From assembly GCA_964022095.1 (NCBI GenBank), contig CAXHZO010000003.1, positions 1-64,000 of the forward strand: 64,000 bases of DNA, written 5' to 3'. Shown here piece after piece: positions 50,797 to 61,880 of the stretch. The notes below the pieces were generated by a model. The model was not told where the DNA came from, made no database searches, and worked only from the letters and a program-made list of their open reading frames with translations. A program made the translations under genes and the position numbers. Numbering within the stretch: position 1 is the first letter of the stretch; each line of letters opens with the position of its first letter. Source of the DNA: an uncultured Arcobacteraceae bacterium. Its GTDB lineage: Bacteria > Campylobacterota > Campylobacteria > Campylobacterales > Arcobacteraceae.

Positions 50797-51711
50797 TTAA
50801 AATTTAAGTACATATGCACTTGATAAGTTTAGTTTGTTTTTAATATTGTCAATATTATCTTTTGCTTGAGCTCTAGAAGAGTAAGGGCCTATTAAAACTT
50901 TGTTGTACATTTTACCTTTTACTTCAACTTTATATACTTTATATTTTAAACCAGCACTTCTAATTTTATTAATATAGTTTGTAGATGGAGTTTTTGTAAA
51001 TGCTCCAATTTGAACAAAGTATCCACTGATAACTTCATTTGAAGAAGCTGATTTCACTAAATCTTTTACACTTTTTTTAGGCTCAACTTTTTTAACAACA
51101 GGTTTTTTAACAACAGGTTTTGTTTCAGCTACTTTTTTCTCAGCTTGCTTGATCTCTTTTGTTTTTTCTTCTATTTTTTTAATAGTTTCATCTAAAGTTG
51201 ATTGAGCAATCTCTTCTTTTGATTCTTGCTTTGTATTAATAGCTTCTATTTTTTCTTCAGATGTTACAGCTTGAGTTGAACTCTCTTCTGTTTGTGCATC
51301 TTTTTTTATTCTTTCATTAATGATTTTTTGAAAGTTTTCCTCAATATTTGAGTTCTCTTCTAATTTTTTCATCTCTAAAGAATCAGCTTTTGAAGATGTG
51401 AAAGAATCTTCTTTATCATCTCCTGTTAAAAGGCGAATAACAATTATTGTTAATAAAAATAAAACAACTAAAATAATACCTAAGACTAAGTATTTCTTTT
51501 TGTTTGTATCTTCATCTTTGATAGGTTCATTTGAATCTAACATAATATTATCTAGTTCATGTTCATTAGAAATAGGCGTTTCAATTATTACTGGGTCTTC
51601 ATCAGTATAGTTTTGTTCTGCTTCTTCTAATTCATTTAACTTTTGCTCAAGTTCATCTCTTTCTTGTTGTAGTTGAACTTTTTTGATAAACTCTTCACCT
51701 TTTATTTGCAT
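50797..51711 (-). CDS. SPOR-domain cell division protein (FtsN/DedD-like)
   Basis: One TM, charged linker, C-terminal YFVQIGAF...VLIGPY SPOR domain. Confidence 0.85.
   Translation of the reverse strand: MQIKGEEFIKKVQLQQERDELEQKLNELEEAEQNYTDEDPVIIETPISNEHELDNIMLDSNEPIKDEDTNKKKYLVLGIILVVLFLLTIIVIRLLTGDDKEDSFTSSKADSLEMKKLEENSNIEENFQKIINERIKKDAQTEESSTQAVTSEEKIEAINTKQESKEEIAQSTLDETIKKIEEKTKEIKQAEKKVAETKPVVKKPVVKKVEPKKSVKDLVKSASSNEVISGYFVQIGAFTKTPSTNYINKIRSAGLKYKVYKVEVKGKMYNKVLIGPYSSRAQAKDNIDNIKNKLNLSSAYVLKF
51088..51117. repeat. 15-bp tandem repeat in the SPOR protein linker (PVVKK x2)
   Basis: TTTTTTAACAACAGG x2. Confidence 0.8.
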
Positions 51712-51732
51712 AGCTAATCCTTATAGGTTTTA

Positions 51733-52995
51733 TTAGTAAGTTGATTGATTATAAATTACAAAATTACTTGCTAACTCTTCTAATTCTTTTTTAATATTTG
51801 CGTGTAATGCTTCATCTTCAATATTATCTAAAACATCACAAATTTTATTTGCAATTGTTTCAAATTCAGCTTCTTTCATCCCTCTTGAAGTAAGTGCAGG
51901 TGAACCTATTCTAACTCCTGAAGTAACAAATGGACTTCTAGTCTCACCTGGAACAGTATTTTTATTAACTGTAATACCAGCATTTCCTAAAGCTGCATCT
52001 GCATCTTTACCGCTAAATGGTTTATTTAAAAATGATACTAATACTAAGTGGTTATCTGTACCATCACTTACGATGTCATATCCTCTTTTCATTAATACTT
52101 CTGCTAGAACTTTTGCATTTGCTTTAACTTGTTTTGCGTAATCTTTCCACTCAGGTGCTAAAACTTCTTTAAATGCAACAGCTTTTGCAGCCATAACATG
52201 AACTAATGGTCCACCTTGTAATCCTGGGAAAATTGCAGAGTTAACTTTTTTAGCAATATCTTCATCATTTGTCATAATTAAACCACCTCTAGGACCTCTT
52301 AAAGTCTTGTGAGTAGTTGTTGTTACAACATCTGCATAAGGGAATGGACTCATATGCTCACCAGCTGCTACTAATCCAGCAATATGTGCAATATCAGCAA
52401 ATAATATTGCTCCTACTTCATCAGCAATTTCTCTAAACTTAGAAAAATCAATCTCTCTTGCGTAAGCTGAAGCTCCACAAACAATAATTTTTGGTTGAGT
52501 AACTTTAGCAATTTCCATTACTTTATCGTAGTTAATTCTACCATCTAATTCAACACCATAATAAAATGCAGAATAGTTTTTACCAGAAAATGATGGTTTT
52601 GAACCATGTGTTAAGTGACCACCGTGAGATAAATCCATACCTAAAATTTTATCACCAGCTTTTAATAATGCTGCATAAACTGCACCATTTGCTTGGCTAC
52701 CTGCGTGTGGTTGAACATTTGCAAATTTACATCCAAAAATTTCACAAGCTCTATCTATTGCTAATTGCTCTGCTTTATCAGCAAATTCACATCCACCATA
52801 ATATCTTTTATATGGATAACCCTCAGCATATTTATTAGTAAATACAGAACCCATTGTTTCCATAACTGCAGGACTTGTAAAGTTCTCACTTGCAATCATT
52901 TCTAAGTGGTTAGTTTGTCTTTGTAATTCAGACTCAACAATGTCAAAAATCTCTTTATCCGCTTCTTGTAAGTTTTTGTTGCTAATGTAGCTCAT
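51733..52995 (-). CDS. glyA: Serine hydroxymethyltransferase
   Basis: [27 protein letters not shown]. Confidence 0.98.
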   Translation of the reverse strand: MSYISNKNLQEADKEIFDIVESELQRQTNHLEMIASENFTSPAVMETMGSVFTNKYAEGYPYKRYYGGCEFADKAEQLAIDRACEIFGCKFANVQPHAGSQANGAVYAALLKAGDKILGMDLSHGGHLTHGSKPSFSGKNYSAFYYGVELDGRINYDKVMEIAKVTQPKIIVCGASAYAREIDFSKFREIADEVGAILFADIAHIAGLVAAGEHMSPFPYADVVTTTTHKTLRGPRGGLIMTNDEDIAKKVNSAIFPGLQGGPLVHVMAAKAVAFKEVLAPEWKDYAKQVKANAKVLAEVLMKRGYDIVSDGTDNHLVLVSFLNKPFSGKDADAALGNAGITVNKNTVPGETRSPFVTSGVRIGSPALTSRGMKEAEFETIANKICDVLDNIEDEALHANIKKELEELASNFVIYNQSTY

Positions 52996-53014
52996 CTAGT
53001 TTCTCCTAATAGTT

Positions 53015-54529
53015 TTAATTTTCTTCATCATGAAGATTAATTTCATGTTTTACTGGCTTCATAGCAGGGAATAATAATACATCTCTAATTGAGTGTTCAT
53101 TAGTTAACATCATAACTAATCTATCTATTCCAATACCTTGACCTGCTGTTGGAGCCATACCATAAGATAATGCATTTACAAAATCTTCATCCATTTCATG
53201 TGCTTCATCATCACCTGCATCTTTTGCATCCATTTGACCTTCAAATCTTTCTAATTGATCAAGTGGGTCATTAAGCTCACTAAATGCATTTGCTATTTCT
53301 TTACCTGCAATGAATAACTCAAATCTATCAGTTAAATGAGGTTTCTCATCATTTCTTCTTGCAAGTGGTGAAATCTCAACTGGATATTCAGTAATAAATG
53401 TAGGGTTGATTAGTTTCTCTTCAACGAACTCATCAAAAAGTTCACCTTGTAATTGACCTAAATTCATTTTTTCATTTGCTTCAAGATTGTTCTCTCTTAA
53501 ATAAGCTAAGATTTTTTCTTTATCTTCTGTAATATCAGCAGGAACTCCACCAATATCTGTTAAAGATTGAATTAATGGAATTTCAGTGAAGTTATTAAAG
53601 TCAATTTCTAAATCTCCATAAGGTAAAGTTGTAGGTAATTCTAAATGCTCAAATAAAAATTCAAAGTACTCTTTTGTAAGTTCAATTAAATCTTTATATG
53701 TTTTATATGCCCAGTAAAACTCAATAGAAGTAAATTCTGGATTATGTGTTGCGTCCATTCCTTCATTTCTAAAACATCTATTGATTTCAAATACTGCTTC
53801 AAATCCACCAACAATACATCTTTTTAAGTATAACTCAGGTGCAATTCTTAAAAATCTATCAATTCCTAATGCATTATGATGAGTAACAAATGGTTTTGCA
53901 TTTGCTCCACCTGCAATTGGATGCATCATTGGAGTTTCAACTTCTAAGAATCCTTTATTTTCAAAGAATCTTCTTGTTAATGAAATAACTCTACTTCTAA
54001 CTTGGAAAGTTTTTCTAACTTGTGAATTCATAATTAAGTCTAAATATCTTTGTCTATATCTTAACTCTTTATCTTGAATTCCATGATATTTTTCAGGAAG
54101 TGGAGAAATTGATTTTGTTAAGATTTTTAAATCATGAACATGAAGTGATAACTCACCTTTTCCAGTAATAAATGGATAACCAGTAACTTCAATAATATCA
54201 CCAACTTCAACATTTTTTTTGAAAATTGTATTATAAAAGTCTTCTGGTAAATTATCTCTTGCCACATAAATTTGTAAGATTCCTGATTCATCTTCAATCT
54301 TTAGAAAACTAGCTTTTCCCATAAGTCTAAAGAATTTGATTCTTCCTGCAACTGTATAGCTTCTATTTTCATCTCTTTTATCTTCTGTACTGAAAATATC
54401 ACTGTTTACATTTATGTATTTAGAAATAGTTGTATTTCTTTTACTATCATTTGCATAAGGATTAAATCCAGCTTCTTTTAAAATATTGGCTTTTTCAATT
54501 CTTTGCTGTATATATTTATTTTCGAACAA
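53015..54529 (-). CDS. lysS: Lysine--tRNA ligase (class II)
   Basis: [31 protein letters not shown]. Confidence 0.98.
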   Translation of the reverse strand: MFENKYIQQRIEKANILKEAGFNPYANDSKRNTTISKYINVNSDIFSTEDKRDENRSYTVAGRIKFFRLMGKASFLKIEDESGILQIYVARDNLPEDFYNTIFKKNVEVGDIIEVTGYPFITGKGELSLHVHDLKILTKSISPLPEKYHGIQDKELRYRQRYLDLIMNSQVRKTFQVRSRVISLTRRFFENKGFLEVETPMMHPIAGGANAKPFVTHHNALGIDRFLRIAPELYLKRCIVGGFEAVFEINRCFRNEGMDATHNPEFTSIEFYWAYKTYKDLIELTKEYFEFLFEHLELPTTLPYGDLEIDFNNFTEIPLIQSLTDIGGVPADITEDKEKILAYLRENNLEANEKMNLGQLQGELFDEFVEEKLINPTFITEYPVEISPLARRNDEKPHLTDRFELFIAGKEIANAFSELNDPLDQLERFEGQMDAKDAGDDEAHEMDEDFVNALSYGMAPTAGQGIGIDRLVMMLTNEHSIRDVLLFPAMKPVKHEINLHDEEN

Positions 54530-54543
54530 TATTTATTTCCTTT

Positions 54544-55356
54544 TTATTTGTTTTCTTCTGTTTTATTAACAATGCTTTTTAATTTTTCTTTTACTGTATC
54601 AATTTGTTCATCAGTTGCATTAGTTACTTCTTTTACTTTTTGGCTAACACTATTTATAACTTCTTCTTGTACAGCTTCTTTTACTTCTTCAACATTCTTT
54701 TCTACTTCTTCTTTAATTTCAGTAGTAGTACTATTTATGCTTTGTTTAATCTCATCAGTAGTAGAGCTTTTTCCCCTATTTTCATCTTTTTGTTCATCAC
54801 TTGTTGGAGTTACCTTTTTCGCAGTATCTACAACAGTATCAACAGTGTCTTCAATTTTTGTAGTAATTGAACTAGTGTCAAGTTTAATAATGTATGAACC
54901 AACACTTAATAAATGTGGCATTACAACTGAACCAGCTGATTTCTCATCAATTGCTTTTTTAAATGAATTAACTTGGTAAAGTGCGTATGAAATAACAGAA
55001 AAGATTAAAAATACTTTTGCTGCACCAAATACAAATCCAAATACTCTATCAAAGATTCCTAATCCACTTGCATTGAAAATTTTGCTGATAACTAAACCTA
55101 AAGCATAAACAATAATCCAAAAACCAATTAATGCAACTATAAAGCCAATTAATTTGATTGTTGTTTCATTTTCTAATGCTAAAAAAGGAGCAATTAAATC
55201 ACCAATATCTTTAGATACTCTTGAAGCTACAAATATAGCACCAATAATTCCAATAATTCCAAATACCTCTTTGATAAGTCCTCTAAAAAGTCCTTTTAGT
55301 CCTAAAACTAAAGTAATACCTAATACCACCATATCAAAAATAGTAAACTCTTGCAT
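54544..55356 (-). CDS. cvpA: CvpA family membrane protein with long charged C-terminal tail
   Basis: GLFRGLIKE, DRVFGFVFG; ATG 55356 follows the AAGGA RBS. Confidence 0.85.
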   Translation of the reverse strand: MQEFTIFDMVVLGITLVLGLKGLFRGLIKEVFGIIGIIGAIFVASRVSKDIGDLIAPFLALENETTIKLIGFIVALIGFWIIVYALGLVISKIFNASGLGIFDRVFGFVFGAAKVFLIFSVISYALYQVNSFKKAIDEKSAGSVVMPHLLSVGSYIIKLDTSSITTKIEDTVDTVVDTAKKVTPTSDEQKDENRGKSSTTDEIKQSINSTTTEIKEEVEKNVEEVKEAVQEEVINSVSQKVKEVTNATDEQIDTVKEKLKSIVNKTEENK

Positions 55357-55459
55357 AAATTTCCTTTGTATAATATGCGATATTGTATCCAATGTTTTCA
55401 AAATTAAACTTTAAAAAAAAGTTGATATAAATTTAATCTTTTTTAGATAAAATCCAATT

Positions 55460-56521
55460 ATGATAAAAAGATACCCAACAAAACAAATATTCGTAGGAAA
55501 TGTACCAGTTGGAGGCGATGCCCCAATTCCAGTTCAATCTATGACTTTTACTAAAACATCAGATGTAAAAGCTACAGTTGAACAAATCACAGCATTGCAT
55601 TTTGCTGGTGCAGATATTGTAAGAGTTGCTGTTCCTGATATGGATGCAGCTAATGCATTAAAAGAGATAAAGTCACAAGTTGATTTACCTTTAGTTGCAG
55701 ATATTCACTTTAAATATAAGCTTGCATTAATAGCTTCAGAAGTTGTAGATTGTATTAGAATTAACCCTGGAAATATTGGAGATAAAAAAAGGGTGGCTGA
55801 AGTTGTAAAAGCTTGTCAACAAAGAAATATTCCAATCAGAATTGGAGTGAACTCTGGAAGCTTGGAAAAACAGTTTGAAAATAAATATGGTCAAACACCA
55901 GAAGGTATGGTTGCAAGTGCTGAATACAATATTAAGTATTTAGAAGATTTAGGTTTTACAGATATGAAAATATCACTAAAAGCAAGTGATGTTCAAAGAA
56001 CAGTACAAGCATATAGAATGTTAAGACCAAAAAATAATTATCCATTCCATCTTGGAGTTACAGAAGCTGGAACACAATTTCACTCAACTATAAAATCATC
56101 AATTGCATTAGGAAGTTTACTTCTTGATGGAATAGGGGATACACTAAGAGTATCAATGACTGGTGAATTAGAAGAAGAGATTAAAGTAGGAAAAGCAATA
56201 TTAAAAGATGTTGGTATTGCAAAAGAGGGATTAAATATTGTTTCTTGTCCTACTTGTGGAAGAATAGAAGCAGATTTAGTAAGTGCAGTTGCAGAAATTG
56301 AAAAAAGAACAAGTCATATTAAAACACCACTTGATGTTTCAGTTATGGGTTGTGTTGTAAATGCTATTGGTGAAGCAAAAAGTGCAGATGTTGCAATAGC
56401 ATTTGGAAAAGGTTCAGGTCTTGTAATGAAAAAAGGTGAAATCATAGAAAAACTTTCTGGTGATGCATTAATTAATAAGTTTATTCAAGAAGTAGAATTA
56501 GAAGCTGAAAAAAGAAAGTAG
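55460..56521 (+). CDS. ispG: HMBPP synthase
   Basis: VQSMT, ADIHF, RINPGN, CPTCGR, MGCVVN. Confidence 0.97.
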   Translation: MIKRYPTKQIFVGNVPVGGDAPIPVQSMTFTKTSDVKATVEQITALHFAGADIVRVAVPDMDAANALKEIKSQVDLPLVADIHFKYKLALIASEVVDCIRINPGNIGDKKRVAEVVKACQQRNIPIRIGVNSGSLEKQFENKYGQTPEGMVASAEYNIKYLEDLGFTDMKISLKASDVQRTVQAYRMLRPKNNYPFHLGVTEAGTQFHSTIKSSIALGSLLLDGIGDTLRVSMTGELEEEIKVGKAILKDVGIAKEGLNIVSCPTCGRIEADLVSAVAEIEKRTSHIKTPLDVSVMGCVVNAIGEAKSADVAIAFGKGSGLVMKKGEIIEKLSGDALINKFIQEVELEAEKRK

Positions 56522-56531
56522 TTATTAATTT

Positions 56532-57977
56532 ATGGATAGTGTTTATAGTATAAATATCGAAAGAGCAGTATTAAGTTCAATTTTATTTAATCCTGAAGAA
56601 TTTGAGGATGTTTTAGGGGTATTAAAAGCAAATGACTTTTATTTACCTGCACATAAAAAAATATTTGAGGTAATGGAAAAACTTCATCATGACGCAATGC
56701 CTATTGATGAAGAGTTTATTAGAAGAAAACTTGATGGAAAAGATGTTGATGATTCAATACTTCTTGAAATACTTTCTGCTAACCCAATTACAAATACTTT
56801 AGCTTATGTTAGAGAGATTAAAGATGGTGCAGTAAAAAGAGAACTTGCAACTTTAGCAACTACAATTAAAAAAGTAGCTATTGAAGAAGAAACAAGTGCA
56901 AATGAAGCCCTTGATACTATTCAAGGTGCATTATATAAAATATCAACAGATAGTGCTACAAATGAAGTAAAAGATATGGAAACAGTAACATCTGATACTA
57001 TTGACTATATCAAAAGAATGAAAGAACTTGGAAATACTCACTTAATTGGTGAGACAACAGGTTTTGAAGCACTAGATAGAAGAACTACTGGATTTAACGA
57101 AGGGGATTTAGTAATTATTGCAGCAAGACCTGCAATGGGTAAAACTGCACTTGTACTTAATATGGCTTTATCAAATGTTGAAGCAAATAGAGGTGTTATC
57201 TTTTTCTCTCTTGAAATGCCAGCAGAACAATTGATGCTAAGAATGTTAGCAGCTAAAACTTCTATTCCTCTGCAAAACCTTAGAAAAGGTGATATGGATG
57301 ATTCTCAGTGGTCAAACTTAACTGCTGCATTTGATGATTTAAATAAAAAGAAGCTTTTTGTTGATGATGGTGGTAGTGTAAATATTAATCAATTAAGAGC
57401 AAGGGTAAGAAAGCTTGCTCAAAACGAAGATAATAACATTTCACTAGTTGTAATTGACTACTTACAACTTATGCAAGGAACTGGAAATAAAGATAGACAC
57501 CAAGAGGTTTCTGATATTTCAAGGGGGCTTAAAATGCTTGCAAGAGAGATGAAAATTCCTATTGTTGCATTATCTCAGTTAAACAGGGGATTAGAAAATA
57601 GACCCGATAAAAGACCAATGCTTTCAGACCTTAGGGAATCTGGTGCTATTGAGCAAGATGCTGATATTATTATGTTTGTATATAGAGATGATGTATATAA
57701 AGAAAGAGATGAAGCTAGAAAAGAAAAAGAAGCAAAAGACAAGGGTGAAGAGTATAAATCTACATTTGTTAATAAACCAGTAGAAGAAGCTGAGGTAATT
57801 ATAGGTAAACAAAGAAATGGTCCAATTGGAACTGTTAAACTAGACTTCCATAAAGCATTAACTAAATTTGTTGATAAACCAAATGATCATCAAGGTGCAG
57901 CTCCAGTAGAAATAGTATTTGAAACAGTTGCTGATAATGAAAAAGAGACAAACATTGATATGCCAGACATATTATAA
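56532..57977 (+). CDS. dnaB: Replicative DNA helicase
   Basis: ARPAMGKT, DYLQL, DLRESGAIEQDAD, KQRNGP; no intein. Confidence 0.97.
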   Translation: MDSVYSINIERAVLSSILFNPEEFEDVLGVLKANDFYLPAHKKIFEVMEKLHHDAMPIDEEFIRRKLDGKDVDDSILLEILSANPITNTLAYVREIKDGAVKRELATLATTIKKVAIEEETSANEALDTIQGALYKISTDSATNEVKDMETVTSDTIDYIKRMKELGNTHLIGETTGFEALDRRTTGFNEGDLVIIAARPAMGKTALVLNMALSNVEANRGVIFFSLEMPAEQLMLRMLAAKTSIPLQNLRKGDMDDSQWSNLTAAFDDLNKKKLFVDDGGSVNINQLRARVRKLAQNEDNNISLVVIDYLQLMQGTGNKDRHQEVSDISRGLKMLAREMKIPIVALSQLNRGLENRPDKRPMLSDLRESGAIEQDADIIMFVYRDDVYKERDEARKEKEAKDKGEEYKSTFVNKPVEEAEVIIGKQRNGPIGTVKLDFHKALTKFVDKPNDHQGAAPVEIVFETVADNEKETNIDMPDIL

Positions 57978-58062
57978 AGTGTGTAAATAAATTATTTTAT
58001 TATTTAAACTTAAGAATAGTTATTTTATAATCTTTTAAATTATTTAATTTAAAGGATTATAC

Positions 58063-58464
58063 ATGAAAAAAGGATTTTCGTTATTAGAGTTAATTTTTGC
58101 AATTGTAATTATTGGTGTTATCGCATCATTTGCAGTTCCTAAATTTTTGGATACAAAAGACACTGCTGTTGCTTCGACAATAAAAAGAGATATATCTTCT
58201 ATTATTTCTGCTGTACAAACATACTATCTTCAAAAAGAAGAGATTACTAGCATCTCAGATGCTATAACATATAATGATCAAAATTGGATAGCTCAAGAAG
58301 ATAATCCAAATAAAATCACTGATAAAAATAATTGTGTAACGATTGAAGTTAAACCTGATGATAAAGATATTATTCAAGTGACTTTGTTATCTAATGATAG
58401 TGAGAATACTTGTGCTAAATTAGAAGTTGAAGGAATAAAAACACAAGAGTATAATCTTATATAG
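58063..58464 (+). CDS. Prepilin-type N-terminal cleavage/methylation protein (pseudopilin)
   Basis: MKKG/FSLLELIFAIVIIG class III signal. Confidence 0.9.
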   Translation: MKKGFSLLELIFAIVIIGVIASFAVPKFLDTKDTAVASTIKRDISSIISAVQTYYLQKEEITSISDAITYNDQNWIAQEDNPNKITDKNNCVTIEVKPDDKDIIQVTLLSNDSENTCAKLEVEGIKTQEYNLI

Positions 58465-59271
58465 TTACTCTTTTTTTCTAACTCTTAAAAAAGATGCAAA
58501 TTTTGGTTTCCCATATTTTGTAAAATCATAGTATTTAAAAGTAACTATGTCATTTAATTTTGGAGGGGTTTTTCTTTGTAAATTTGAAAATCCTCCTCCT
58601 AAATTAAAAATGACACCGTTTTCTAGTTTTATTTTTAAACTTTTAAATTCATTTTTTTCATTGTAGTTATGTCCTATTACTAAACCTTCTGAATCATAAA
58701 ACTTTTTTACTTTTAATACATTACTGCTTCTTCCTACAAAATAGTCAATTTTAGGGTTTTTAATTATAATTCCTTCTGCATTTTTTGATACTAGAGTGTC
58801 TAAATACTCATTTAAATGATTTTTATTTTTGCATATAGTTTGAGGTATTATTTTTATATTTTTTGAATTATTTTCTAAAAGCCATTTTTCTAAAACATTT
58901 AACCTTTGAAAAAAATCACCTTTTTGATTTGGTACTTCAAAGATATTGTATGTAATCTCTTCCCATTTTTTTGAAGGGTTTTTATCTAAAACAATATTTT
59001 GAATATTTTCAAAATCAGCTCTTTTTGTCCATAATTCTCCATCTATTTCAAAAGGTGGAAGTTGAGATATAAACCATTTTGGGGCATGTATTTGATTTGA
59101 ATTTTTACTTAAAAGGTTCTTTCCATCCCAATATGCTCTTATTCCATCTAGTTTTTCACTCATAGCCCAGCCAATTACTTCATGACTATTTTTATCGTAA
59201 ACTTTCGCTTTTTGAATTTCTAATGCAAATAATAAAATATAACTGTTAATTAGTAAGAATATAAGCTTCAA
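58465..59271 (-). CDS. Minimal ATP-dependent DNA ligase with N-terminal signal peptide (Lig E-like)
   Basis: SEKLDGIR, DGELW, EGIIIK, KVK, OB domain with GKPKF; TTG 59271 after GGAGG gives a hydrophobic leader. Confidence 0.88.
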   Translation of the reverse strand: MKLIFLLINSYILLFALEIQKAKVYDKNSHEVIGWAMSEKLDGIRAYWDGKNLLSKNSNQIHAPKWFISQLPPFEIDGELWTKRADFENIQNIVLDKNPSKKWEEITYNIFEVPNQKGDFFQRLNVLEKWLLENNSKNIKIIPQTICKNKNHLNEYLDTLVSKNAEGIIIKNPKIDYFVGRSSNVLKVKKFYDSEGLVIGHNYNEKNEFKSLKIKLENGVIFNLGGGFSNLQRKTPPKLNDIVTFKYYDFTKYGKPKFASFLRVRKKE

Positions 59272-59391
59272 AGTAGCCTCCATAAATAATTTAAAATATT
59301 ATATTTAAAATATTTTAAATTCATCATAAACTCATAATATTATTTTAGATAAAATATTTAACTTTCACACGAAGCGATATAAAGGGATTTT

Positions 59392-59946
59392 ATGAGCGAA
59401 GAAATTATATTAAATGAAAATGATAAAAAATATCTTTTAGATTCCATAAGAGATATCAAGGATTTTCCAAAACCTGGAATTGTATTTAAAGATATTACGA
59501 CACTTTTAAATAATAAAGATGCATACAAGTTTTTGATGAATCACTTAGAAAATAGATACAAAGATTATGATTTTGACTACATTGCAGGAATTGATTCAAG
59601 AGGTTTTATTTTTGGAGCGGCACTTGCTGATAGATTAGGTATTGGATTTGTTCCAATTAGAAAAAAAGGTAAACTACCTGCTGCAACAGTTTGCGAAAAA
59701 TATGAGTTAGAGTATGGATTTGATCAAGTTGAAATTCATCTTGATGCTTTTCCAAAAAAAGATGCAAGAGTATTAATAATTGATGATTTAATTGCAACTG
59801 GTGGGACAGCTCAAGCTGCAGCTAAATTAGTAAAAGATGTTAATGCAAATTTAGTTGAAATGTGTTTTTTAATTAATTTAACATTTTTAGATGGAGCAAA
59901 AAGATTAGAAGAGTTTGCTCCTGTTTATTCAATATTAGAAATTTAA
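59392..59946 (+). CDS. apt: Adenine phosphoribosyltransferase
   Basis: [31 protein letters not shown]. Confidence 0.96.
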   Translation: MSEEIILNENDKKYLLDSIRDIKDFPKPGIVFKDITTLLNNKDAYKFLMNHLENRYKDYDFDYIAGIDSRGFIFGAALADRLGIGFVPIRKKGKLPAATVCEKYELEYGFDQVEIHLDAFPKKDARVLIIDDLIATGGTAQAAAKLVKDVNANLVEMCFLINLTFLDGAKRLEEFAPVYSILEI

Positions 59947-59961
59947 TAAAAGAGAAAAATT

Positions 59962-61170
59962 ATGAGTTACTATATTCCAAAACCAAGTGTTTTTGACCCA
60001 GATATAAAAGGTCAATTCGGTATTTTTGGTGGACAATATGTTCCTGAAACATTAATGCCAATTTTAAAAGAATTAGAAGATGAATATAAAAAATACAGAT
60101 TTGATGAAGAGTTCTGGAAAGAAGTAGATGGATATTTAAAAGATTATGTAGGAAGAACTACACCTCTTTATCATGCTAAAAATATTAGTGAAGAAATTGG
60201 AGCGAAAGTATATTTAAAAAGAGAAGATTTAAATCATACTGGTGCGCATAAAGTAAATAACGTTATTGCTCAAGGATTACTTGCTAAAAAATTAGGTAAA
60301 ACAAAAGTTATTGCAGAAACAGGTGCTGGTCAACATGGTGTTGCAAGTGCTACAATCGCCGCACTTTTGGGTCTAGAATGTACAGTTTTTATGGGTGCAA
60401 AAGATGTTGAGAGACAAGAGTTAAATGTATTTAGAATGAAGCTTTTAGGAGCTAAAGTTATTGCAGTTGAGTCTGGCAGTAAAACATTAAAAGATGCAAT
60501 GAATGATGCAATTAGATATTGGGTAACAAATGCAAGAGATACTTTTTATATAATAGGAACAGTTGCAGGTCCTCATCCATATCCAATGATGGTTAGAGAC
60601 TTCCAAGCAGTTATAGGTTGGGAAGCAAGAGCTCAAATTTTAGAAAAAGATGGGAAATTACCTGATTATGTAGTAGCATGTATTGGTGGTGGATCAAATG
60701 CCATTGGTATGTTCTCACACTTTTTAGAGGATAAACAGACTACTTGTATTGGTATTGAAGCAGGTGGATTAGGACTTGATACTGATAAACATGGATGTTC
60801 ATTAGAAAAGGGAAGTCCAGGAGTTTTACATGGACAGTGTTCATACTTACTTCAAGATGAAGATGGACAAGTAATTGAAGCACACTCTATTAGTGCTGGA
60901 CTTGATTATCCAGGTATTGGACCAGAGCACTCTTTTCACAAAGATAATAACTCTGTGCAGTATGATTCAATTACAGATAAAGAAGCATTAGACGCTTTTG
61001 TATGGCTTTCACAAGCTGAAGGAATAATTCCTGCATTTGAAAGTTCTCACGCAGTTGCTTATTTAAAAAAAGCACAAGATAAGTTCAAAGGTAAAACAGT
61101 AATCATCAACCTTTCAGGTAGAGGTGATAAGGATATGGTTCAAGCAAAAAGTTTATTGAGCTTTGATTAG
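59962..61170 (+). CDS. trpB: Tryptophan synthase beta chain
   Basis: [28 protein letters not shown]. Confidence 0.97.
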   Translation: MSYYIPKPSVFDPDIKGQFGIFGGQYVPETLMPILKELEDEYKKYRFDEEFWKEVDGYLKDYVGRTTPLYHAKNISEEIGAKVYLKREDLNHTGAHKVNNVIAQGLLAKKLGKTKVIAETGAGQHGVASATIAALLGLECTVFMGAKDVERQELNVFRMKLLGAKVIAVESGSKTLKDAMNDAIRYWVTNARDTFYIIGTVAGPHPYPMMVRDFQAVIGWEARAQILEKDGKLPDYVVACIGGGSNAIGMFSHFLEDKQTTCIGIEAGGLGLDTDKHGCSLEKGSPGVLHGQCSYLLQDEDGQVIEAHSISAGLDYPGIGPEHSFHKDNNSVQYDSITDKEALDAFVWLSQAEGIIPAFESSHAVAYLKKAQDKFKGKTVIINLSGRGDKDMVQAKSLLSFD

Positions 61171-61178
61171 GTAGTAAA

Positions 61179-61880
61179 ATGGAAAAACTATTTAAAAAGC
61201 TTCAACCACATTCAGGAAAAATACTAGCAGCTGTAGTTGTAGTATTTTTCTCATTTCTTGCATATAATTTATATCATGCACCCGTTGATGGATTTGAAGA
61301 AAAGTTTGTATACTTATTAAAGCAGTATGGATACATAATTCTTTTTGCATGGGGAATGCTAGAAGGAGAAGCTGGCTTAATTATGGCTGGGCTTTTATCT
61401 CATACTGGTGATATGAATTTATACTTAGCAATCTTTGTTGCAGGTCTTGGCGGTTTTGCTGGAGATCAAGTATATTTTTATATTGGAAGATTTAATAAAT
61501 CACATGTACATAAAAAGTTCAAAGGGCAAAGGCGAAAATTTGCTTTTGCCCATTTACTTTTAAAGAAACATGGCTGGCCAATAATTTTTATTCAAAGATA
61601 TATGTATGGAATGAGAACAATAATCCCAATATCAATTGGACTTACAAGATATAGTGCAAAAATGTTTGCATTTATAAATCTAATTAGTGCATGGTGTTGG
61701 GCTGCAATTACAATTGTACCTGTTTGGTATTTTGGTGAAGAGATTTTAGTAGTTTTAGATTGGGCAAAAGAGCATTGGTATTTAGCAATTCCAATCGCAT
61801 TAATTTTTGGTGGTAGTATTATTTATGTATTTAATAAAGCTACAAGAAAAGTAGAAAGAAAGGTTGTAAATGAAAATTAA
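61179..61880 (+). CDS. DedA family membrane protein
   Basis: LEGE, GDQVYFYIGR, RYMYGMR. Confidence 0.9.
   Translation: MEKLFKKLQPHSGKILAAVVVVFFSFLAYNLYHAPVDGFEEKFVYLLKQYGYIILFAWGMLEGEAGLIMAGLLSHTGDMNLYLAIFVAGLGGFAGDQVYFYIGRFNKSHVHKKFKGQRRKFAFAHLLLKKHGWPIIFIQRYMYGMRTIIPISIGLTRYSAKMFAFINLISAWCWAAITIVPVWYFGEEILVVLDWAKEHWYLAIPIALIFGGSIIYVFNKATRKVERKVVNEN

Noticed and set aside
54503-55414. Plus-strand ORFs 54503-54979, 54604-54870, 55154-55414
   Set aside because: Shadows of the low-complexity cvpA sequence
56532-57977. Charged insert near the DnaB C-terminus as a possible intein
   Set aside because: Short helical insert typical of Campylobacterota DnaB; no intein splice motifs
59289-59320. 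18-bp perfect palindrome ATTTAAAATATTTTAAAT between the ligase and apt
   Set aside because: A/T-only in very AT-rich intergenic DNA, so plausible by chance; cannot assign a regulator
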